DNA of 64,000 bases from Azolla caroliniana. Its lineage: Eukaryota; Plantae; Polypodiophyta. The notes under the pieces were generated by a model. It made no database searches. It was not told where the DNA came from and saw only the letters and a list, made by a program, of their open reading frames with translations. Position 1 is the first letter of the stretch, and each line of letters opens with the position of its first letter. The position numbers and the translations under genes were made by a program. The stretch spans positions 9,114,001 to 9,178,000 of the forward strand of contig JBHGNT010000002.1 in the NCBI GenBank assembly GCA_043228905.1, read 5' to 3'. This document shows positions 50,701-62,100 of the stretch, in pieces.

Positions 50701-51813
50701 AACCTCCGGAACGTGTTGAACATCCTTCAGCAGCATCTTGCATCCGGTTGGTGTTGACAGCCACACATCTCCTATGCCGAAAATTCGGCATGTACCTTCA
50801 TTTCCCATCCGGACACAACCGTGATCACCGGCTGAGTAGGATGAGAAGCATTTCCGGTCTGGGGTAAGGTGGAACGACGCTCCGGAGTCTACCACCCAGG
50901 TCATCTCGTCGCCGGCAAGATTTATATCACTCTCCTCAGTGATGAGCATAAACTCTTCTTCACTTGCCACGATTGCCGTCGTTCCCTTCCGGTTCGGCCC
51001 CCTCCGGTCTTTATCGTTCCGGTCCGGGGTCCGCTTCGAATCGGTACCGTCGGTCTCCTTATCCTTTCGGAAATGCCGACAGTTCTTCTGGAAGTGTCCC
51101 GGCTTGCCGCAATAGAAGCAAGTAGGTCTCCCCCTTGACTTTGACCGCGTCCCCGACTTTTCCCGGTTCTGGGGGCTACGGTTCCTTTGTCTTCCGCGTT
51201 CCGATTCGGTAAGGAGCGCTTTGGAGTCGGAGCTCGTATCCTTATCTTTCCAATGCGCCTCCTCATCTAGCAAGCTCGACTTCACTCTTGCTAGGGATAA
51301 CCGTTTCCCTCCCGGCCCGGCGTTGCCCAAAGTGACAACCAACGTCTCCCAGCTATCCGGGAGGGAACTGAGCAGGAGTAGCGCTAGTACCCCATCGGCG
51401 AGAGGTACTTCCAATGATGTTGCCCGGTGTATCAACCCCTGGAAGGCATTCATGTGCTCCGCCATGTTAGAGCCATCTTGGTACCGGAGTCTTACTAGCT
51501 TCCGGAATACCGAAACCTGATTAACAACATTTTTGTTCTGAAACATAATGTCGATCTTCTCCCAGAGCTCATGAGCCTTGCTCTCTTCATTGAAGTTGTT
51601 GTATAGGCTCATGTCGATGAAGCACCGTATGTACACCGTTGTCTTCATGTGCATCACCTCCCATATCGTGGCATCGATTTTGTCCGGTCTCTTGTCTCCA
51701 AACTGAACTGGCAGCCAAAGATCTTTAACCACGAGCATATCCCTCATCTTCGACTTCCACAATGAATAGTTGGAGCCGGTGAGCTTGAACATGCCGCCCA
51801 ACGATTCGTCCAC
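47767..51813 (-). pseudogene. Copia gag-pol polyprotein (gag, CCHC, protease, integrase, RT, RNase H), disrupted
   Basis: CFYCGKPGHFQKNC, VDSGAS, HTD..DDHSR..ADNGGE..ERMNRT, QLDVKT, YVDDM, FTDSD; stops at about 49726 and 49648, frameshift at about 48770, GTG start. Confidence 0.93.
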
Positions 51814-52090
51814 TTTCTGTGTCGTTTCGCTGTGATCAATGTTGTTTACGTACGCGTATTTAACGTATCAATACGTATAATACCTTCTTATTTGTATAGT
51901 ACGTACCATACGTCAAAGTTGTTCATTCAAATGTCATATACATTCATCTAATACGGTATTTAACGTACCTTTAAAAAAATACAAATAGTACGTATTTATA
52001 GAAAATGTGAGTAAAACCCTAAAGAAAGCAAAAGAAAAGAACAACTTTAGTAAAATAGAAGGAAGGAAGAAAGACGAACAGAATAGACTT

Positions 52091-52240
52091 AGAAGAAGAA
52101 GAAGAAGAAGAAGCAGAAAAAGCCGAAGAAGAAGAAGAAGAAGAAGAAGAAGAAGAAGAAGCACTAGAAGAAGAAGAAGAAGAAGAAGAAGCACAAGAAG
52201 AAGAAGAAGAACAAGAAGAAGAACAAGAAGAAGAAGAAAA
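52091..52240. repeat. (AAG)n microsatellite inside the hAT
   Basis: About 150 bp of interrupted AGA/AAG repeats. Confidence 0.95.
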
Positions 52241-52929
52241 TAAAATCAGGTTAGTGAATATGTTTCTTTCTTTTATTTTTTATGATTAAGTATACCTCCC
52301 ATTTTGTTGTATTCCAATGTCAAGTTGTATGATAATACCAAATGACAAGGGAGATTTAATTTTTAGTTGATCTAGTTTATGTATGCTTGTGTCCAGCAAT
52401 CTATCTATTCCACAATAATGCATCTATACAAGTAACAAATTGGTAGACAATTGTAATTGACGTCATGCAATAAAACTCTCCTCTTTGCAAGTGTTGAGAT
52501 CAAATATTATAGGAACCATGTGTTGAAACTCAAACATGTATGTATACATGTAGACAATGTGTTCAAAATCTTTCACAATTTGTAGCATTAGCTAATCCTT
52601 TGCTTATTGATTTTAGTGGTTGTATCCCATTTGAATTCATTTCAGAAATTGATCATTCTAATTTACTTTCCATGTTACTATAAATGACATTGGTTTCTAG
52701 AAACATTGAAGATCTCAATTTCGTGTCATGGGAAAAGTGCTTGGTCCTTTTTTAATGATGTCCCATTTTTTATCATTTGCAATGCATATTTATTTTTGTT
52801 AACAACTACTCATTTTTTGGAATATCATGGTTTTGGTTGTCTGCTTTTGAATATGATGGGTATGAATAAATGTGCACTTGCTAGAACCCTTTCAATACAG
52901 CCTCCATATACATGGATTGTCCTTTATCT

Positions 52930-53365
52930 GTAGGCCCTAATAAACCGCACACTTTTAGGACATGGGCAATGTATATGCATCCGGAAAGATTCCATCAACT
53001 TGCATTTTATCGAACGAATCTAATGCTTTCTCAGTAGTTCTATACTCAACAAACCCTCCAATGAGAGCATTCCTTTAAGACACAAGAAAAGGTGAAAGTG
53101 TTTGGTAGTAATAAGTATCCCCTCATCTTGTATCTTTTCAAAGCTTTTCAGTGCATCCTCAACGGGTCCATGCTCAACATATCATGCAATCAATGTTGTC
53201 CATAATACCACATCTCGGTTGGACATTCGGTTGAAAACATTTTGCACTTCCACTATAGATCCACATTTGACATACATATCTAGCAAAGCACTATGAATAA
53301 ATAGATCTTCATCGAACCCTTTCTGTACATCTTCAAGATGGATTTCTTGACCAAATTCTACTTCC
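52930..53365 (-). pseudogene. PLS-class pentatricopeptide repeat (PPR) gene fragment inside the hAT
   Basis: GQEIH..KGFDEDLFIHSALLDMYVKCGSIVEVQNVFNRMSNRDVVLWTTLIA*YVEHGPVEDALKSFEKIQDEG, then NALIGGFVE..EKALDSFDKMQVDGIFPD. Confidence 0.85.
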
Positions 53366-53730
53366 CTTTTGGCTTCCAAACTTGTTGAATTTTTTGCTTT
53401 TATGCATGTCGTTATTACGTTAAGCATTAAGGCTCTTTAGTTAAGTTATGGTAAATTTTGCTTCCTTTTTAGCTTCCAAAAGAGTTGAATTTTCTGTTTT
53501 TATACATGTCCTTAATTGTAACATTTTCTTGTATTTGCTTTCTATGAATAAAAGATACTCTTGAGTATCCTGTAGTTGCTCATTTAAAGTAGTATAATCC
53601 TCATCCTCCCTGAAGGTTGATCTATTCAAAGTTTTCAATTCTTCGATTTGCTTTAATGCATTCATATAATCTTGCTCCTCTTTTTGTGCATTATTTTCCA
53701 TTTTCAATATCTCAATTTTATTGATTTGTA

Positions 53731-56477
53731 GAAAATAAAGAAGGAAAGTGCCGCCCATTAAGAACAAATATTGGGATACATGTTGCCTCAATGTCGTAAG
53801 AAGTCAAACAGGAAATAGGAGTTGGAACTGTAAATTTTGCAACAAACATATGCATGGGTCAACAACACGAATGATTGCTCATTTAATTGGAAAACCTAGC
53901 CATGGAGTAACGAAATGTACCAATGTCCCCAAGGAAATGTTGATTGACCTTACAACTTTGTATGGTAATTGTGGAAGCCAAGCAATTGGTGAAGAAGAAG
54001 ATATAGTAGCAGAGATCGACTCATTCAACATGCCTGAACAAGGTATAGACACAAGCCTACAATAGGTGTCTTGATTACTAATGTTTAAATAATTGTAAAT
54101 TATTTATCTTGAATTTTTTTTTCTTTTAGGTGTTTCTACCTCATGCTCGTCTACCTTTGTTGATGAAAGTCAAAGCATGTCATGTATGGGTGGTGGTAGT
54201 CGCCAACCATATCCACCAGCAATTATAGTGAAACAACAACCGTTGCGTAAAGGACATGTGTTACAAATGCAAAGGAAACAACATGCAAACGTTATGGAGG
54301 TGAGATGTATCATTGAAGCAAATTTGTCATTTAATCTATTAAAAACACCATGTTGGCGGAACATGTTAGAAGCTTTCTCTACAATTGGAGAGAAACATAA
54401 TGGAGTCACATATAATTACATGAGGACGAAAGGCTTGAAAAATGAGGTTATGTCCTTGCAAGCAAAGTTAGAAAGGGTAAAAGGATTATGGCCCAAGTAT
54501 GGTTGTTCTATATTAACAGATGGATGGGTTGATGTTTCTCATAGGCAACTTGTAAATGTCCTCGTATCATCTTTTTATGGGACAATGTTCCTCAAGTCCA
54601 TTGATTGTAGTCATGCTAATACAACACCAACAGTTGATAGCTCTTGGTTAGCTGAAAGAATTTCAGAGGCAATTAGAGAAGTTGGTAAGGAAAATGTGGT
54701 CCAAGTCATTTCAGACAATGCATCTAGTTGTGTCCGCATGGGGTCTTTGCTAGAATCAGAGTTCCCTAATATTGTTTGGACTCCATGTGCAACCCATTCT
54801 TTGGATCTACTTTTGGAGGACATTGGTCAGCTACCTTGGATGAAAAGTACTATGTTGAAAGCAAATAATATCGTACGTTTTTTTTTGCAAGAAGAGGAAT
54901 GCTAGGAAAATTTTTTCTGCTCACAGTAACCTCGCCATCTTGAGACCTTCTAAGACAAGGTTTGGTGTGATGTACCTTGTCATACAACGTTTGCTCAAAG
55001 TTTGGTATCCTCTTGAGCAAACAGTGGTGAGTGACATGTGGAGGTCTTGGTCAGATTGCAATAAGCCAGATGCCATGAATGTAAAGAACTACATCCTTGA
55101 TCCTACAACTGAGTCCTCGTTTCAAGTTGTTTTGACCCTAATGGCACCATTGTATAGTGTTTTACGACTTACTAATAGGGAGGGATCCACTATTGGTTTG
55201 TTATATGAGTTTATGCGAAGAAGCAAAGATGTTTTAGCAAAAGGAGTGGAAGAAAACATCCCCCACAAATCCAAGTAAATTTCATATTTATTTTAATTTT
55301 TTATGGTTTGCTAGCATTAAACCTCCAAATGTTTTCTCATCTTTTAAGATCAGATCATTTTGTAATTACTAATACCCTTTTAGGTACGAAGATGTTTTGA
55401 AGTTATTTGACATACGATGGAAATGGTTCAAGAGGCCGATCCACCTTGTAGCTCATTTGCTGCATCCGATGTGGAGAGAGGAGGCTACATTTATTAACCC
55501 CGAGTTAATGGATGCATGGATGAGCTATACAGAAAAATTGTACTCGACACTTGAATGTGATATCTTATTTCGTGAATTGCATGAATATCGAAATGGTACA
55601 GGGACATTTAGCTATGCATTAGCACGTGAAGAGATATCTATGATGACGCCAGTCACATGGTGGGAAAATTTTGGTGGAAGAACTCCAAAGCTCCAAGCAT
55701 TAGTTGTCCGCATATTATCCCAAGTAAGTGTCAAGTTTTGAAAAAATGATCAATTTTATAGTTAAGTTCTAAAATACTACACTTTTGTGTACTACCTTTT
55801 ATTTCATATTTTGTTTTCTATTAGGATTGCTCTTCTGGGGGAGCAGAAAGGAATTGGAATGCACATGCTCTCGCACATACAAAAAATAGAAACAGACTAA
55901 AGGTAGCACAACTTGAACGATTGGTATATGTGCGAGAGAACTTAAGGCTAGTTCGCAAGTTTGAGACTGTGAATGCATCTCCAATGCAGGTATTGTTTTA
56001 TTCACTTCTTATAATTTACATTCCTCAAATTTCGTTAAGCTTTTATAAACTTGTTTGCAGGTGAATCCAAATGAGATAGATGTCTCTAAGACTCCTGATA
56101 TTCCATCTATTAGCCACGAGAATGATATGGATAGAGAATTCTATGAAACTTATTTTCAAGAAACAATGAGCATGAGAAGAAGGACAAGGAGCATGACAAG
56201 ATCACATACGACAACATCAAGCGATGGAGTCCCTATTGATCGAATACGGAGGCAGAGGCCAAGAAGAGATGATGAGCGGTCTTCTTGTAATAGGAGAATA
56301 ACAAGATCAAGTACATTTGCTTCTTTACCACCAAATGATCAAGATAATGTCAATGGAATAGAAGAAGCAATTCATACAAATTATGATGATCTTACTGACG
56401 AAGAACCTATGTTGATGTCATCAACTAACACTGAATCTGATGATGAAGATGGTGATTGTGATGAGGACGAGATCTAA
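53731..56477 (+). pseudogene. Spliced hAT transposase (BED finger, DUF659-like DDE core, dimerization region), probably frameshifted
   Basis: WNCKFC..MIAHL..C; ILTDGW, ISDNA, PCATH, TRF, WWENFG..LSQ|DCSSGGAERNW; GT-AG introns at about 55275-55383, 55724-55824 and 55990-56060; frame break near the T-run at about 54880. Confidence 0.88.
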
Positions 56478-58149
56478 TGACTAATATTTCTGATTTCTAT
56501 ACATTATTACTAAGCTCAATAGCCATATGTTACTTTTCTTTGATCTAAGCCCATTTTGATACATTGGAGTCTTGGACATAGTTCAAGTATGTGTTCTTAG
56601 AAGTCAAATATCTGATGTTATGTGTTGTTAAGGTTTTTTTCTAAATTTTGTTCCTACAATGCATTCTATTTCTTTGACAAAATGCAATGTAAGTGTATCT
56701 CAAATATTTGATGTTATGTGTTCTGAAGGTTTTTTCCAAATCAAAAGATGTGGTCTTTTCTTCAATAGGTATGTTGCACTTCTTGTCAAAGTGTTGTTTT
56801 TGTCAAAAGTACGATTTTTTTGTAGAATTTTAGCTTGTCATGACTCATCATGTGAATTCCCTCGATCATGTGAGGGATATACAGTTTTTGCTTCGTGGCC
56901 TTGGCTGTTGTTGTAAATGCCCAACAAGTTTGGGTTTTTTTTTACCTAACAAATATCTATTTGATTTGTTGATTTGTATCCTTTTGATTCTCATATTTGC
57001 TCGATTTTCCCTTTAGTACTTTTAAGATGCAACTACAGCCATGGAATGCTTCGTTACATTGCATATACACGGTTACAATATTACAATATTACAAATATTT
57101 TTTAAGAAAGTAAATAAATTTCAAATTCTAGAAGTATTTAACGTATTTAACGTACTATACATATTTTATGTATTTTATAGGTATTTAACATACTAAAAAA
57201 CGTATTTAACGTATTTTAAAATTGGGAGGTACTATACCCGTATTAATACGTTAAATACGTATGGTATCAGTACCGTACCTAACGTACCTAACAACCATGG
57301 TTGTGATACCACTTGACGGGAACTACAACGCTCCTTATACGCAACGCTCGGCCACAACCGAGCTTAGATTCATACACAGAAAACGGGAAATAAAGAATGC
57401 ACGACACAAAGAAGAGAAGTGTACACAGGATGTTTACGTGGAAAACCCCAAACTAGGGAAAAAACCACGGCAGCCCACAGGCTGCAAACTATCACTATGT
57501 TTGAATGTACAATAGTGAATTCACGGAGGCAACGACCTCGTGCTCATGGTCTTCACCACAGGCGGCGGTTACAACTAAGGCAACGACCTCTTCCTCTCTC
57601 TCACTCTCTCTATACACAGTTACGCGCTCTGATCTCGCGCATACAAGAATAACAACTACCTCAAAAGGTTTGCCCTAAGTCATATTTATACTAATATGAC
57701 TTTTCGGCTATTTACAAATACAACCATGATGGACTCTCAGAAACATATTTACGAATATGTCTCTTCATCCGGTGAGCACTCCTCACTGGGTGTGCACCAT
57801 CCGGCTCTCCGTAGCCGGGTACTCCTCATCCGGTTCTCACCGGGTCTGCACCATCCGGCTCTCCGTAGCCGGGTACTCCTCATCCGGTTCTCACCGGGTC
57901 TGCACCATCCGGCTCTCCGTAGTCAGGTACTCCTCATCTGGTTCTCACCGGGTATGCACCATCCGGCTCTCCGTAGCCGGGTACTCCTCATCCGGTTCTT
58001 CTCTGTTCTTCTCTCTTCCCATCCGGAGGGACCTGTCTCCCAACAGGAAAGGCCTTGGCAAATAAGACGACGTCAGCCGTTTGCAAATTTCTACTCGAAG
58101 AGGTCGTCTGCCGATGTGGGAAAGATAGTGGCTGATTGAGGGGAGTTAT

Positions 58150-58367
58150 GGAGCTCTTCAACCTCTTCAAGCTTATTTTCAAGTGTTTGTGTAATACATC
58201 ATTTAACCTTACATCTAGCCTTTCCCTTCCCGGTTCTCATTTCATTCATATTTACAACATGCTAGTGTACATGTGTGACCATCACCCCTTCCACACGTGC
58301 GCACATTGCACCTTCCCGATTTTGTCCCTTCTACACGATTTTCATGTTGTTGCCAAAAATCTTCACA
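58150..58367 (-). mobile_element. Partial LTR (5' end), ACGT-targeting family
   Basis: Reverse complement of about 40741-40860; ends AATCTTCACA|ACGT. Confidence 0.72.
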
Positions 58368-59136
58368 ACGTCTGAGTATGTCCATAATAGTCGATCAGTT
58401 AATAGGTATAACCTGTGTGATTCACATATTTATTGACTTCTAATTTCTAATTATAAGGTTACTTAGGGATTAAGTATCTGACCCGTGTTCCTAGAGAGTA
58501 GTAACAAATCCACCTTTGTTCTTGACAAAAAATATTGGTGGACCAACAGGAGACTTGGAATGGTGAATAAATCCACTTGCTAAATTTTCATCAATATAGT
58601 CATAAAGAACCTCAAGCTCTAATGGCGATAAATTATAAGTTGGTCCTCATGGAAAATCTTTTCCTAGTTGAAGATCGATAGGACAATCATAAGGTTAATG
58701 TTATGGGGGACTAGCAGCCTTGTCCTTATTGAAGACATCTTGGAATTCTTGATACTTGGTTGGATGTAAGGTACTCGATTTCTATTGAATTGGCATTGGT
58801 GTTGTTATTACCGCAAACATGAACAAGTTTTCTTCTTTTTGTCCTTGTTTGCATAAGCTTTTTAGAGATATTGATGATATTTTATGGCACCCTAAATTTG
58901 AGTTAAAATCAATAGGGAAATTTGATATTTGGTTTTTCTGGGATTCTAGGATAACTTGTTTCCTCTAGAAAATTTGTGACTTGTGAAGCTCAAACCAAGG
59001 TAGACCGAGGACAATCGGATGCTCAGGACTATGGATGATATTGAATGAAATAACACAAGCCAAATCACCGAGAACTACACGAATTGACTCAAACTCATCA
59101 ATTATGTCTCTAGAGGCAAAAGGTCACCCATGTAAG

Positions 59137-62100
59137 TGTTGGGAATATGTCCCTCCAATGGGAGGATGATCTGATTGTTCGGAAAGCTGACAGTTGAAGA
59201 GTCGGAAGAATCGAGTAAATAGCCAACTCAGGAGACTATATTTGTAAATAGTCTTAGTGTGCGCCCCATGAGGGCTACGTATGTAAATAACCAGAAAGTT
59301 GCATAAGTATATATGCAACTAGGGCAAACATGTTGGGTAGTATGAACAGTGTAGAACACAGAAGTTGTAGTGTGCAAGAGAGTGTGGGAGAGAGAAGTGT
59401 GAGCCGCGCCATAGCTGTGTTGTAACAGTAGACGCGAAGAGCCCTACGTGGTTGTTACACTCGACAGAGTGTTGTAACCTTCTCAGTGGTGTATATCCAC
59501 TATTTGTATAGTGAAGCTCCATTCCCGTGGTATTTCCCCGTTTTAGGGTTTCCACGTAAATCTCTATGTACATCTGTCGTTTATCTTGTCTTTGTCATTT
59601 CTGGTATTTCGGTGTGATTCGTATTTCGGCGCATTATTTGTCTATGGTGATTTATTCCACGACGATTTCTCTTCAAACTGGTATCAGAGCTTGAGGTGCA
59701 AGCATGGAAGGAGGTGTTAGCGGTTTCCCAGGTATGATAGTTCTGAACTCATAGAACTATGCAAACTTGAAGATAAAGATGGAAGACCTTCTCATAGTCA
59801 AAGACCTGTACGAGCCAATCGACAGAGCAGAAATACCCAGGGGGGTATTGGAGTCGGACTGGAAGCTTCTGAATAGGAAGGCAGTGACCACAATCTGACA
59901 ATGTGTCGATGTAAGTGTCCTTCAACATGTGGCGAATGACACGAATGCCCACGAGATGTGGCAGAAGCTATCGGGTTTGTACGAGAGGAAGAACGCGCTA
60001 AACAGAACCTCGCTAATGAGAAAAATCGTACAGCTGAAATACAGAGACGGTGAGAGCATCGTCGAACACATAAGCACATTCATGGGGTATGTGAATCAAC
60101 TTGCAGCGACCAAGTTTCCCCTAGATGACGCAATGCAGGCCATCCTGCTGATGTGCACACTACCGGAAAGTTGGGAGAACCTGGTGGTTACTCTCAGCAC
60201 CTCCTGTCAAGAAGAGAACTTGTCTTTATAGACGGTGAAGACAAGCATCCTGAATGAAGAGGCAAGGAGGAAAGACAAAGGAGTCTTGTCCCAATCAGAG
60301 TCAAATCTGACTGAACATATGGACAGAGGTAGAGACCGACAAAGAAGAAGTCCACAACGAACAGACAAATCCCACGCCAGATCGAAGTCCAGAGGTAAGC
60401 ATGTGTGCTTTTATTGTGGAAAACCTGGACACTTCCAGAAGGACTGCCGACACATGAGAAAAGACAAGAGTGTCGGAAATAATGTCGAACCTCGAAAAAT
60501 TCCAGATGAAAAGAACACTTCGGCCATTGCTACGAGCAATGAGGAACTTCTGTTCATCTGTGAACAGACAAGTGCAAACCTTGCAAGCGAAGAGTGCACT
60601 TGGGTAATTTATTCCGGCGCATCCTTCCATATTACTCCGTCGAGAGAGTATTTCTCGACCTACATAGTCGGGGATCATGGCTATGTAAAGATGGGTGATA
60701 GTGGAGAGTCCAAGATAACCGGAGTCGGAAGTGTGTGCTTAATGACGTCGACAGGGTGTTGACTAACGTTGAAGGATGTTCGACACGTCCCCAATATCAA
60801 ATTGAATCTGATATCGACTGGAAGGTTTGATGACGAAGGCTACAGTGATCGTTTTCAGAATGGCAAGAGGAAGTTCTGCCGAGGAAATCTCATAGTGACC
60901 CGAGCACAGAAAGAAGGCACATTTTACATGATGTATGCCTGACTGTGCAAATCGGAAGTAAATGTGGCAGCCGACTCGGCAGGGGAGATATGGCATAAGA
61001 GACTAGGCCACATGAGTGAGAAGGGAATGCACCTGTTAGCCTACCAGAAACTTCTACCAAAAGTCAAGGGAGTACACCTAGAGAAGTGTGTTGACTGCTT
61101 AGCCGGAAAACAAAACAGGGCGGCATTCCACTCGAGACCACCGAGGAGAAGAGAAGTTGCACTGGAACTAGTGCACACGGATGTGTGCTATGTGGATGCT
61201 CCATCACATCAAGGAGGACAATACTTTGTAACGTTTATTGACGACTACAGTCGGAAAACATGGGTCTTCGTACTGAAGTCGAAGGATCAAGTACTATCGG
61301 TTTTCAAGGAGTTCCAGGCAAGAGCCGAAAGAGAGTCAGGTCAGCAATTGAAGGTTGTTCGAACTGACAATGGTGGCAAGTACAAAGGGCAGTTCGAGGA
61401 ATACTACAAGTTCCAAGGTATTCGAATCGAATACACAGTGCCAAAGACCCCAGAATTGAATGGGCTTGCAGAGAGGATGAATCAAACGATCATGGAGAGA
61501 GTAAGGAGCATGCTCTCTCATGCGAAACTGCTGAAATCCTATTGGGCTGAGGCGATGTACACAGTTGTTTATCTGATCAACAGGTCTCCCTCAATACCTC
61601 TAAAGGGTGATGTCCCACAGAGGGTGTGGACAAGGAAGGATGTCTCCTACCAACACCTAAGGGTGTTTGGATGTTTGGCATATATGCATGTACCAAAGGA
61701 TCAGAGGTCAAAGCTTGATAGCAAGTCGAAAGCATGCATATTCATGGGATACTCGAAAGATGAATTCGGCTACAGGTTGTGGGACTTAGTCGACAAGAAG
61801 GTAGTGAGAAATCGGGACGTCGTCTTTCTTGAAGATAAGACAATTGAAGACTAGAAGCAACAGAAGTCGGAACCGACTCCCCAGTCAACCTCGAATACCA
61901 TCGACTTAAGGCCAAGTGAGTCGTCACCGACAACTGTAAGGAGACAACTAGCCAACAGAACTGAATCTGAGTCGGTCGACTCGGAAAGACCGACAGACTA
62001 TGAGTCAGAGTCGGTAGACCTGCTAAAATCAATTGAGGAATATGAGTTGGAGCTGTCCAACCTGGAGATGCCGATTGATGAGCTGAATCCCGAGCAAAGA

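Larger units (their letters stand above)
51837..57299 (+). mobile_element. hAT DNA transposon (5.46 kb) with transposase gene
   Basis: Imperfect TIRs CAATGTTGTTTACGTACG / CATGGTTGTTAGGTACG; 8-bp TSD GCTGTGAT/GTTGTGAT; CGTATTTAACGTA subterminal repeats at both ends. Confidence 0.92.
47133..58045 (-). mobile_element. Full-length Ty1/Copia with two LTRs (47133-47756; 57314-58045), interrupted by a hAT
   Basis: TG..CA termini, perfect TSD GGAAA (47128-47132 / 58046-58050), PPT next to 47756, PBS TGGTATCAC. Confidence 0.97.

Noticed and set aside
51934-52243. Poly-Arg / poly-Leu ORFs
   Set aside because: Translation artefacts of the (AAG)n microsatellite.
57780-57997. Regular repeat array as a possible CRISPR
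   Set aside because: Head-to-tail 54-bp units with no unique spacers, inside a Copia LTR; no cas genes; eukaryotic context.
49640-61860. TAG at the same post-integrase codon in two Copias (KTLVD*, KTIED*) as programmed readthrough
   Set aside because: Best explained as TGG>TAG decay at a methylated CHG site; both elements carry other stops. A family consensus would settle it.
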